NCBI GenBank assembly: GCA_002778705.1
Contig: PFAM01000004.1
Span: forward strand, 20,109 to 84,108
DNA from: Candidatus Falkowbacteria bacterium CG10_big_fil_rev_8_21_14_0_10_37_14
GTDB lineage: Bacteria > Patescibacteriota > Patescibacteriia > Patescibacteriales > Patescibacteriaceae
Direction: 5' to 3'
Length of the DNA: 64,000 nucleotides
Both the position numbers and the translations under genes were made by a program. Shown one piece after another: positions 29,512 to 37,953 of the stretch. The notes under the pieces are model-generated. The model did no database searches, was not told the origin of the DNA, and saw nothing but the letters and a program-made list of their open reading frames with translations. How positions within the stretch are numbered: the stretch's first letter is position 1; the number at the start of each line of letters is the position of its first letter.

Positions 29512-30804
29512 ATGACCCTGACACTTATTAAAAATATGGCCGAGAAAATCGGACAAGAAATCACTATAGCAGGTTGGGTCTATAATTTCCGATCTTCAGG
29601 CAAAATTATGTTCTGGCAAATTCGTGACGGTTCGGGTTTTACGCAAGCTATTTTATCCGCTACCGATTTAAAAGAAGAGCAATGGAAACTAGCAGAAAGC
29701 ATTACTATGGAAAGCTCGGTACAAATTACAGGTCAAGTCACTAAACATCCAAAAAAAGAAGAATACGAATTAGCTGTTAAAGATTTTAAAATCTTCCAAA
29801 TTGCTGAAGATTATCCAATAGCCAAAAAGGATCATGGTATTGACTTCTTAATGGATAATCGTCATTTATGGTTGCGTTCTCCTAGTCAATGGGCAATTCA
29901 ACGTATTCGCAACACTTTGATTTTAGCAACTTATGATTGGTTTCGAAATAACGATTTTATAAAAATTGATTCCCCTGTCTTAACCCCCTCAGCTGGAGAA
30001 AACACCACTGAATTATTTAAAGTGAAGTATTTTGACACTGAAGCTTATCTGTCACAAACAGGACAATTATATCTTGAGGCAGCCATTGCGGCTCATGGAC
30101 GAGTCTTTGATTTTGGCCCAACCTTCCGAGCCGAAAAGTCTAAAACCAGACGACACTTAACCGAGTTTTGGATGATGGACGCCGAGATGGCCTTTACAGA
30201 CCTGACCGGTAATTTGGCCATTCAAGAGTCTTTAATTAAGTTTATGATTAAAGCGGTCTTAGAAAAAAATGTGGCCGAACTGGCAATTTTAGAACGCAAT
30301 GTTACTGTTTTACAATCTAGTTTAGAAAAACCTTTCTATCGCCTAACACATAAACAAGCGGTAGCTAAATTACAAGAACTAGGCTCTGATATTAAAGATA
30401 ATGAAGATTTGGGCGGAGACGATGAAACCTTATTAACCAAGATTTATGACGCCCCTATTTTTGTTACTAATTACCCAGCCGCTATCAAAGCTTTTTATAT
30501 GAAGCGTAACGCTGAAGATCCAACTCGTGCCGAATGTGCTGATTTACTAGCTCCTGAAGGTTACGGAGAAATTATTGGTGGTTCTCAAAGAGAGGAAAAC
30601 TATGACACCCTAAGAAAAAGAATTATTGAATTCGGCTTAAAACCAGAAGATTATGATTGGTATCTAAATTTGCGTAAATATGGTTCAGTGCCACATGGTG
30701 GTTTTGGTTTCGGCTTAGAACGTATTGTAACTTGGGTTTGCGGATTAAGTCATGTGCGTGAATCTATTCCTTTTGCCAGAACTATTTATAGACTAAAGCC
30801 ATAA
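29512..30804 (+). CDS. asnS: Asparagine--tRNA ligase
   Basis: RHLWLRS, AYLSQTGQLYLE, FRAEKSKTRRHLTEFWM, GEIIGGSQRE, PHGGFGFGLER. Confidence 0.96.
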   Translation: MTLTLIKNMAEKIGQEITIAGWVYNFRSSGKIMFWQIRDGSGFTQAILSATDLKEEQWKLAESITMESSVQITGQVTKHPKKEEYELAVKDFKIFQIAEDYPIAKKDHGIDFLMDNRHLWLRSPSQWAIQRIRNTLILATYDWFRNNDFIKIDSPVLTPSAGENTTELFKVKYFDTEAYLSQTGQLYLEAAIAAHGRVFDFGPTFRAEKSKTRRHLTEFWMMDAEMAFTDLTGNLAIQESLIKFMIKAVLEKNVAELAILERNVTVLQSSLEKPFYRLTHKQAVAKLQELGSDIKDNEDLGGDDETLLTKIYDAPIFVTNYPAAIKAFYMKRNAEDPTRAECADLLAPEGYGEIIGGSQREENYDTLRKRIIEFGLKPEDYDWYLNLRKYGSVPHGGFGFGLERIVTWVCGLSHVRESIPFARTIYRLKP

Positions 30805-30834
30805 CCCCCTGCTCTTAACTTTTTCTTTTTGATT

Positions 30835-30871
30835 AAAAAAATACAGTTTCTTTTTTAGAACTGTATTTTTT
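30835..30871. terminator. Bidirectional intrinsic terminator
   Basis: AAAAAATACAGTT...AACTGTATTTTTT between convergent genes. Confidence 0.75.
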
Positions 30872-30893
30872 ATTATTTAAAATCGACTATATA

Positions 30894-31097
30894 TTACGAT
30901 GCAAAGGCATACATAAAAAAGGCAAAGACTTGAGAATAGACACCGACAGCAAAAGTAACCATAACAAAACTATCAGCCATTTCACCCCATTTGGGGTGAT
31001 TAGAATCTAGCGGTGTGGGCTCTTCAATGATAGGTTCGTCGTTACGACAACTACCACCGGTACAAGCTAAAGCTGGGTTACAATTTTTTTTAGACAT
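30894..31097 (-). CDS. Small protein with Cys-rich N-terminus and C-terminal TM segment
   Basis: CNPALACTGGSC; A-rich leader typical of this genome. Confidence 0.55.
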   Translation of the reverse strand: MSKKNCNPALACTGGSCRNDEPIIEEPTPLDSNHPKWGEMADSFVMVTFAVGVYSQVFAFFMYAFAS

Positions 31098-31241
31098 ATT
31101 TTTATTTTTATTTTTAACGCAGACTAATATCTACGCTACCTCAAAAAAGAGGATTTTTATTAAATTTAGTTTAGTTGATTAGTTTTCCGCTTGTTAGCTT
31201 TAAAAGCTATAAATTATTAAAGTCGGAACTAATAACGAAAC

Positions 31242-31424
31242 TTATATTTTTAAAGAATAATAAATAGTGCTTAAAATAACCGAACCAAATAGAACAATTA
31301 AAAAAGCAATGGCCAAAGAGAAAACGAGGTTTAACACGCTTAACTCACCAGCCACTGCTTTCTTGGTTTTGTCTTGGGATTTCCAAGCAAAAACAAAAGG
31401 ATTAATTTGATTAATAGTATTCAT
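31242..31424 (-). CDS. Small protein with C-terminal TM segment
   Basis: MNTINQINPF...; A-rich leader, promoter upstream. Confidence 0.55.
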   Translation of the reverse strand: MNTINQINPFVFAWKSQDKTKKAVAGELSVLNLVFSLAIAFLIVLFGSVILSTIYYSLKI

Positions 31425-31492
31425 ATTTTTATTTTTGTTTTTGTTTTCGTCCCTTTTGGCGGGAGTGGCCTTTTCAAACTTTCTATATCTAC

Positions 31493-31531
31493 AGTATAGC
31501 AAATTTTAAGTATTCCGTCAACTGTGGATAA
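31493..31531 (-). promoter_or_regulatory. Promoter TTGACG-N17-TATACT with a perfect DnaA box (TTATCCACA, 31523-31531) next to the -35
   Basis: Direct motif match. Confidence 0.6.
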
Positions 31532-31539
31532 CTTGGGGA

Positions 31540-31965
31540 AATGTCAAATATCCAATTTCCAATGACAAATCAATAGAAAACACTAAGAAATATTAGTTCT
31601 ATTTATTATACTAGAGAATATCAAAGTTAATTCGTGAGCTTCTTGCCATAATTTTCTACATTCTTCAATCTTTTCAGCGTTAGTCCGAGCCGACATTCTT
31701 AACCAATAGGTTGTTTCTTTTGATTCTTTTTTGGAAATTCCTATTTTGTGTTTAAAATCTTTTTTAGATTCAGCGCAATCTGCCTCCATATAATTAGCTC
31801 CGATACTGGTTACCGATCTTATTAATTGACTAATAATTGATCTATTAATATTAGATTCTGGAACGGTTTTTACAAAATCTATAATCGCCTCACCAAAAGC
31901 TTCAGTCCTTAAACATAAATCGTATTTGACATTTGAATTTGGAACTTGATTGGAAATTGGATATT
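31540..31965. mobile_element. Heptamer inverted-repeat element carrying a four-helix-bundle gene
   Basis: 17-bp perfect inverted repeat AATATCCAATTTCCAAT at 31547-31563 and 31949-31965; arms match the empty copies. Mobility is inferred. Confidence 0.6.
31583..31957 (-). CDS. Four helix bundle protein (23S rRNA IVP / Avd-like family); no ATG/GTG/TTG at the expected start, possible ATT start
   Basis: Open frame KYDLCLRTEAFGEAIIDF...SQLIRSVTSIGANYMEADCAESKKDFKHKIGISKKESKETTYWL. Confidence 0.8.
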   Translation of the reverse strand: MSNQVPNSNVKYDLCLRTEAFGEAIIDFVKTVPESNINRSIISQLIRSVTSIGANYMEADCAESKKDFKHKIGISKKESKETTYWLRMSARTNAEKIEECRKLWQEAHELTLIFSSIINRTNIS

Positions 31966-31968
31966 GTA

Positions 31969-32340
31969 TTACTGCCCTAATACTTTTTTTACTTCAGCGG
32001 ATAGTTGGCTAGGTGTCATACTGGATTTTACAAAATAACCATTAGCCCCCTCTTTAACACCACGATCAATTTCTCCAGTTTGCCCCAGATTAGACAGCAA
32101 ATAAACTTTTAGTTTAGCTGTGGCAGCATCAGCTCGTAAATGTTTTAAGGTTTCATAACCATCCATTTTAGGCATCACTAAATCTAAAAGTACTATATCA
32201 GGTTTAGATTCAGCTATCACCTTTAAGGCTTCTACGCCATTAGAGGCAGTGTAAACTTCATAACCATCAGCTGTAAATTTCATTTTATACATCTCAAGCA
32301 AAAATTGCTCATCCTCTACGAGGACAATCTTAATAGCCAT
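31969..32340 (-). CDS. Single-domain response regulator
   Basis: IVLVEDE, DIVLLDLVMPKMDG, LSN, YFVK. Confidence 0.93.
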   Translation of the reverse strand: MAIKIVLVEDEQFLLEMYKMKFTADGYEVYTASNGVEALKVIAESKPDIVLLDLVMPKMDGYETLKHLRADAATAKLKVYLLSNLGQTGEIDRGVKEGANGYFVKSSMTPSQLSAEVKKVLGQ

Positions 32341-32728
32341 ACATTTTTTTAGCCTCACGGCCACTTAAAATATTGTCAACTTTTTCCAATAATTGTTTGG
32401 GTGATAAAGACGCTTTAGTAAAATAATAGTCAGCACCGTGCGATAAGCCCTCACGCACATCAGACGGCTGGTCTAAATTACTTAAAAAACAAATCAAGGT
32501 GTTTTTATAATTTTTTGTAGCACGCAAAGTTTTTAAGACAGTTAAGCCATCCATTTTCGGCATAACGATATCTAACAAGACTAAGTCTGGTCGATGTTCG
32601 CGAATTAATTTTAAGCCGATTTCACCATCACGCGCTACAAAGACTTCAAAACCGCCCAACTCCAATTGAAGGCGATACATATTAGCCAACGACGGCTCAT
32701 CTTCAACTATTAATAATTTTTTGCTCAT
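32330..32728 (-). CDS. Single-domain response regulator
   Basis: LLIVEDE, DLVLLDIVMPKMDG, LSN, YFTK. Confidence 0.93.
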   Translation of the reverse strand: MSKKLLIVEDEPSLANMYRLQLELGGFEVFVARDGEIGLKLIREHRPDLVLLDIVMPKMDGLTVLKTLRATKNYKNTLICFLSNLDQPSDVREGLSHGADYYFTKASLSPKQLLEKVDNILSGREAKKMYGY

Positions 32729-32741
32729 ACTATAGGATAAT

Positions 32742-32884
32742 AATTTCAAAATCCAAATTTCTAATGCCAAATCAATGGGGGCCAAAATCCTAATTTCAAA
32801 TGCATACCAAGATTATTTGGTGTTATTTTTTGTCATTTGATTTTTAAGTATTGATTGGAAATTGGGAATTGGAAATTTGACATT
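32742..32884. repeat. Heptamer-periodic inverted-repeat element, empty copy B
   Basis: aatttca-aaatcca-aatttct-aatgcca-aatcaat ... attgatt-ggaaatt-gggaatt-ggaaatt-tgacatt. Confidence 0.85.
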
Positions 32885-32886
32885 TT

Positions 32887-35043
32887 CTAAGTGTTCTTGG
32901 CTATCGGTATTTCAAAGATAAAGGTTGAACCCTTGCCGTCCCCGGCTGACTCCGCCCAGATCTTACCATTATGCGCCTCAATCATCATTTTGCCAACATA
33001 CAGCCCTAGACCTGTACCTTCGGTGTGAATTAAAGACACATCCTGGCCACGACTAAACTTTTGAAACAGGTGTGGCATATCCTCTTTGCTGATGCCCATA
33101 CCGGTGTCGGTCACACTATAACGCACCATATTTTTAAAGACCTCCAGCTTAATTTTTACCTCGCCTTGGTTAGTGTATTTAATAGCGTTGTCGGTGATAT
33201 TAATAACCACTTGGCGAATCTTATTTTTGTCGATTTTGACCGCCGGCAGATTGGCTTGTTTTTCATAGTTAACCACTAAGCCTTTTTTCTTGGCCACTTC
33301 TGATAATTCCTCAATCACGCTGTCAGTAACCGATTCCAAGCTCTCCACCACAAAATCAAATTTAAGACGGCCCGATTCAATGCGAGAGATATTCAATAAG
33401 TCTTCCACCAAAGCAATCAACCGTTCATTGGATTCATAAATCTTTTTGATATTTTCTTCAATCGGTGGTGTCATCTGACCAAAAGAACCCTCCATCATCA
33501 TAGAAGAATAGCCTTTGATAACCGTTAACGGGGTGCGTAATTGATGACTAGCAATGGAGATAAACTCAGACTTAGCCTCGTCTAAGCGTTTTAATTCTTC
33601 GTTGGCGGTTTGTAAATCTTTGGTGGCTAACTCCACTTCACGAGTTAACTTCAAATTGAAAGTACGAGTCTCTTCATACAGCCAAGAGTTTTCTAAAGAC
33701 ATGGCGACTTGCGTACCGACCACTGACAGCAATTCCACATCTTCATTATTATAAGCATCACCAGACTCTTTAGCACCCAGGGCGATGAAACCGACAATCT
33801 TACTTTTCAAAATCATGGGGACGATAACATCGACACCAAGTCGTTCACTATATTCTTTTAAAAAGCTACCTAAACCACCCACGGTTTTGTTTTTTAAGTC
33901 ATCTAGCAAAACCACATCGTTTTTGGCAAAATAATTATTCAAAATAATTTTGTTTATTTTTATATCCCCCTGCTTAAACTTGAAACCGTAATTAAACTTA
34001 ACATCAAAAACTTGTTGTTCGACACTGTAGTCTAAAATGGCCAAAGACTTAGGATGAAGTGCGGCTGTCAGATACTTTTCCACAGCCTGGCAGATGCGGT
34101 GCGGTTCTAAGGTGGAGGCTAATTCTTCGCTTAAATCGGAAATGACTTTTTTAGAATCATAAAGAGAGGTAAAAAAGTATTTGTTAGCGACGCGGAAAAA
34201 ATAATCATGGAGAGGAGGGAAGATGCCGAGGGCGACGACGATTAAAATAAAGTCGAACCAATAAGACAAACTGTTTACCACGAAACCGATGAGGTATTTA
34301 AGAGCAAAGACTAAGACGGTGGTGACGAACAATGAAGAAAGATAAACGATGGATTTGCGCAATACGAGCTTGATGTCCATGAGGTGATAAGATACTATCG
34401 AGTAACCGATTATAATGGTAAATATAAGCCCTGATATATAAGAGAAAGGATAAATATTAATACCGTATGCCGCTAAAAATCCCAACGGTCCCAAAAGTGC
34501 AAATTGTATAAAAGCTATTAACGCATATTTTATACGCTCTTTTTCAATGGACACATGTAACGACAAATAGTATCTAAATATGTAAATAAACCAAAGTGAT
34601 ATGTAAACAGAAAAATAAACTAAAAATACGTTATGAAACATCAATGCTTTTGAGTGGGCACCCCAGGAATAAACATACGCTACTCCTAAAAATAAATTTG
34701 TAGGTATTAAAGAGAAAAAAATTGATGAAATAAAATAACCAATCGCAATTATACTTTGAGTTTTTTTATTGTGTTGATTAACTAAAGTGAAACCAAAACT
34801 TAACATCGAAACAGGAATAAATACTACCCCGACATACACAATTCTGTCCCAAAATAAAATCAGATCTATATTACTTCTATTAAGAAACATCATGAAAGTT
34901 CCGAACATCCAAATTAAAACAAAAAAACAAAAAATAAGAAACGATGATTTACTTTTTGAATATTTAGCATATTTAAAAACAATTATTCCTAAAAAAAGAA
35001 CCAACACGGCACTTACTAACGGTAACAACGAAGATATTCCCAT
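32887..35043 (-). CDS. Histidine kinase: N-terminal 7TM sensor (HisKA_7TM-like), GAF, HisKA, HATPase
   Basis: Multi-TM N-terminus to YHLMDI, GAF (LGAKESGDAY), SIASHQLRTPLT, DNAIKYT, DTGMGI, GTGLGL. Confidence 0.93.
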   Translation of the reverse strand: MGISSLLPLVSAVLVLFLGIIVFKYAKYSKSKSSFLIFCFFVLIWMFGTFMMFLNRSNIDLILFWDRIVYVGVVFIPVSMLSFGFTLVNQHNKKTQSIIAIGYFISSIFFSLIPTNLFLGVAYVYSWGAHSKALMFHNVFLVYFSVYISLWFIYIFRYYLSLHVSIEKERIKYALIAFIQFALLGPLGFLAAYGINIYPFSYISGLIFTIIIGYSIVSYHLMDIKLVLRKSIVYLSSLFVTTVLVFALKYLIGFVVNSLSYWFDFILIVVALGIFPPLHDYFFRVANKYFFTSLYDSKKVISDLSEELASTLEPHRICQAVEKYLTAALHPKSLAILDYSVEQQVFDVKFNYGFKFKQGDIKINKIILNNYFAKNDVVLLDDLKNKTVGGLGSFLKEYSERLGVDVIVPMILKSKIVGFIALGAKESGDAYNNEDVELLSVVGTQVAMSLENSWLYEETRTFNLKLTREVELATKDLQTANEELKRLDEAKSEFISIASHQLRTPLTVIKGYSSMMMEGSFGQMTPPIEENIKKIYESNERLIALVEDLLNISRIESGRLKFDFVVESLESVTDSVIEELSEVAKKKGLVVNYEKQANLPAVKIDKNKIRQVVINITDNAIKYTNQGEVKIKLEVFKNMVRYSVTDTGMGISKEDMPHLFQKFSRGQDVSLIHTEGTGLGLYVGKMMIEAHNGKIWAESAGDGKGSTFIFEIPIAKNT

Positions 35044-35082
35044 AGTTTTATATTTTCTATATCATATCATATAATACAATAT

Positions 35083-35109
35083 AAAAAAAGGGAGTGCAGT
35101 GCACTCCCT
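35083..35109 (-). terminator. Intrinsic terminator after the reductase-like gene
   Basis: AGGGAGTGCA-C-TGCACTCCCT followed by a T run on the minus strand. Confidence 0.75.
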
Positions 35110-35119
35110 GATATACCAT

Positions 35120-36307
35120 TTATATCATTTTTGTCTCATCATCATCTTGATTGATGTAGTTGCATATGTAATTAGTTTCAGTTTTACTTTCACCAATATT
35201 TAAATCAAATGACTTAACTTTTTTACCAAAACATCTTGGATACGGAATGTTAACATTATATTTACTAAATAATGTCGATATTAAATCCATATTTTCTTGG
35301 CTAAAATTAAACAGATCAATTTTTTTTAAATACTCATCGTCAGGATTATCTTTTATTGCATTACACCAGACTAGAGCTTCCATAAAGCATCCAAAAGTAA
35401 TTCCTTTAGACAATCTGAACATTTTGTAAGATACAAATCCTAAAACATACTTAAGTTTAGTGCTATACCCATTACCCGCATCTTGCCTAATAACAACGCT
35501 CTCGCATTTATGATATTCTTCTTCAGTAAGGTTTGATGGTTCAGACACGTCAACGACAAGCAGTTTTTTGTGTTCTTTTCTTAATAATTCTATTCTATCA
35601 GCAGATAATCTGATTTGGCTACTATGAGTACATGCAACAACCGCATCAACCTTACCAGCACCTTCAAAAGAATTGGATATTTCAATGTTGTATTTAATTT
35701 TCATTTTTTTCAATCTACTGTGACTTGAACCAACTCCAACAACATTAAAGCCCTTTTCTACTAAATACTTAACCATAAGCTCCCCAAGAAAACCATATGG
35801 CCCAATAACACAAATTCGACTAGAGTCACTCTCTAAACCCGACTTATTAAATGCTCTTAAAGTTTCAGCTAATAGCAAATAAAAAGTACCATTGTCACCA
35901 ATTGTAAATAATATATTTGGGAACATTTCTTTAATTTCTTCTCCATTAACACCGAATAATCGCTTCGTAGATGCTGCTAGCAGTATAACTTTTGCTCCAT
36001 TTTCTTGAGCATGCTCAATCGCAGCAACACACTGTTCTTTGGCTCTTTTGGCGGAATGTGCATGAACTATATCTTCGCTAAGACTGTATATCGCTCTAGT
36101 TCTACCAGAAATGCCATTTAAGTAGTATCTCGGTCCATTAAAATGCCCAAACTCAGGAACATGTTTCCCTAAGAATCTTTTTTTGTCTACTTCATCTCTT
36201 ATATTTGTTATAAATACAACGTCATAGTCTTGACTACCTAAAATTCTTCTTAAGCCTAGTCTCCAGTCTAATAGCGCAGAAAAAAATCTCCAAATAAACC
36301 CTAACAT
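35120..36307 (-). CDS. Acyl-ACP reductase (AAR)/COG5322-like NAD(P)-binding oxidoreductase
   Basis: AIEHAQENGAKVILL, FTIGDNGT (cf. AAR FTTGNTHT), Rossmann VIGPYGFLG, VVDVSEPSNL, FGCFMEA (cf. AAR FACFAEA with catalytic Cys); SD AGGAGG. Confidence 0.7.
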   Translation of the reverse strand: MLGFIWRFFSALLDWRLGLRRILGSQDYDVVFITNIRDEVDKKRFLGKHVPEFGHFNGPRYYLNGISGRTRAIYSLSEDIVHAHSAKRAKEQCVAAIEHAQENGAKVILLAASTKRLFGVNGEEIKEMFPNILFTIGDNGTFYLLLAETLRAFNKSGLESDSSRICVIGPYGFLGELMVKYLVEKGFNVVGVGSSHSRLKKMKIKYNIEISNSFEGAGKVDAVVACTHSSQIRLSADRIELLRKEHKKLLVVDVSEPSNLTEEEYHKCESVVIRQDAGNGYSTKLKYVLGFVSYKMFRLSKGITFGCFMEALVWCNAIKDNPDDEYLKKIDLFNFSQENMDLISTLFSKYNVNIPYPRCFGKKVKSFDLNIGESKTETNYICNYINQDDDETKMI

Positions 36308-36381
36308 AACGACCTCCTAATAACTACCATTAACATTCTACACAAAATAGATTCAATTATAGCCTTTGCTTCTTTATACAT
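36301..36381 (-). CDS. Putative 26-aa leader peptide MYKEAKAIIESILCRMLMVVIRRSLC
   Basis: Own SD (AGGAG-N6-ATG); stop overlaps the reductase start; lies just downstream of a promoter. Confidence 0.45.
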   Translation of the reverse strand: MYKEAKAIIESILCRMLMVVIRRSLC

Positions 36382-36436
36382 GACAATCTCCTATAAATTT
36401 ATTTAATTTTAACGAACTATTTCATTAACTATATGC

Positions 36437-36465
36437 ACTATATCACTTTTTCGCCTTTTTGTCAA
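36437..36465 (-). promoter_or_regulatory. Promoter TTGACA-N17-TATAGT (extended -10)
   Basis: Direct motif match upstream of the peptide and reductase. Confidence 0.7.
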
Positions 36466-36503
36466 TTGTTTTCAAATTACCCTTATTTTAGCCAAAATAT
36501 TGC

Positions 36504-37217
36504 TTATTTTAACACTGACTGATAATTTTTAAGCATAAATATCGCATCAGTTTTCAGATGATTTCTAATCCAATCCTTCTCTTTTTCACTCTCTACTAAC
36601 TCACCCAAGCCCCTTAATAAATCATTATCATTGATTTGCTCTATAAAACTAATGCAATCGGCTAAATATTCCTTAGTGTTTTTGCCAGTTCTGGCTCGAA
36701 TTATTTCCGCATTGATATCCCAATTATTTTTGGCGAAATAATGGATATCATAAACATCTCGCATGGCAGTTTCGCTTCTTAATGTCAGCGCCGCCAATTT
36801 GCTGGCAAATAGGTAATCCTGTTTAGCCGCAAACATAGAAATACCAAGATATTCTTTTAATTCGTAGTGGTCTTGGATATGCTCGGCTAGTTTTCTAACA
36901 TTAATTTCAACCTTAATATTATGATCAGCATCACCATAAGATAGCAAAGCAAAAACAGTAAACCGTTTAATATATTGATCTTTTATTTGCCCATATTTGC
37001 CTAATACATTAACAATTTTTTCTAAAACTAATTTTTGATTTTCTTCATTTACCACCAATAAATCAAAATCCAAGTCCACTGAAAATCTCGGCAGCTTATA
37101 AAAAAAATAGGCGCAAGTACCGCCCTTGAAGCCTAAAAGCGAGCTAACTGCCACATCCGAATAAAGGTCTTTTAAAATCTGACCCATTATTAATTGATGT
37201 TTTTCTCTATTTAACAT
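36504..37217 (-). CDS. AbiEii nucleotidyltransferase toxin (type IV TA)
   Basis: LGFKGGTC, LPRFSVDLDF, KLAAL, RDVYDI. Confidence 0.9.
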   Translation of the reverse strand: MLNREKHQLIMGQILKDLYSDVAVSSLLGFKGGTCAYFFYKLPRFSVDLDFDLLVVNEENQKLVLEKIVNVLGKYGQIKDQYIKRFTVFALLSYGDADHNIKVEINVRKLAEHIQDHYELKEYLGISMFAAKQDYLFASKLAALTLRSETAMRDVYDIHYFAKNNWDINAEIIRARTGKNTKEYLADCISFIEQINDNDLLRGLGELVESEKEKDWIRNHLKTDAIFMLKNYQSVLK

Positions 37218-37779
37218 ATTGATTGCGATATTTATTTAAACGTTTAACCATTGCTTGATTATTATAAATTTTTACTAATTCATCGCACTTGTCCCAATTG
37301 ATAGATTTCAAATTATCAAAATAATAGTCGGAAAATAAATAAATCATATCCAAAAAAGCTCTTTCTGGAGTGGCGATACTATAATTATCTCTACTGATAA
37401 TGCCAGCGGAATTGAATAAAACCAAATCTTTTAATTTTCTAAAAGTAAAGGCGCGTCCGTCTATTTTTATAGTTTTAGGCCACTTGGAGGCTACAAAAAC
37501 TGCGTTGTAGTGCTGGAAAATTACGCCAGCCTCTCGTAAAACCGTTTCGAAGCTGATGTAAGACGGGGTATAAAAACTGGCGGCCAATTCTTTTAGATTA
37601 TAATCTTTATTTTTAGCAAAAACGCCTCTGGTTAACTTTATTAAAACTTTTTGCTTGACATAATAAGCGATTTTAGCCTTTAGGTTATTGGCGTTAGTTT
37701 CTTGCCAAATCAAGGCCAAGTCCTTATTAGTGAAAATGGTTTTTGATGATTGATACAATTTTGCAGTTAAATTATCCAT
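37207..37779 (-). CDS. AbiEi-like antitoxin / transcriptional regulator
   Basis: LIKLTRGVF, SYISFETVL, IATPERAFLDMIY; overlaps AbiEii. Confidence 0.88.
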   Translation of the reverse strand: MDNLTAKLYQSSKTIFTNKDLALIWQETNANNLKAKIAYYVKQKVLIKLTRGVFAKNKDYNLKELAASFYTPSYISFETVLREAGVIFQHYNAVFVASKWPKTIKIDGRAFTFRKLKDLVLFNSAGIISRDNYSIATPERAFLDMIYLFSDYYFDNLKSINWDKCDELVKIYNNQAMVKRLNKYRNQYVK

Positions 37780-37787
37780 ATGTTTGC

Positions 37788-37849
37788 TGGAAGTAATATA
37801 AAATCTTACTTCCATTATACATTGTTGTGTATAGCGTGTCAACACGCTA
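37788..37849 (-). promoter_or_regulatory. AbiE promoter TTGACA-N17-TATAAT with two palindromic operators
   Basis: TGGAAGTAA-N9-TTACTTCCA (37788-37814) and TAGCGTGT-CA-ACACGCTA (37832-37849). Confidence 0.75.
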
Positions 37850-37953
37850 AATTTCACAAAACCATAATACTCAAATTAATAAGAATTTAAGTATCGTATT
37901 ACTCAAATTTTTATTAATTTAATTAATATTTTCGCCTTTCTGATCTATTTCAA

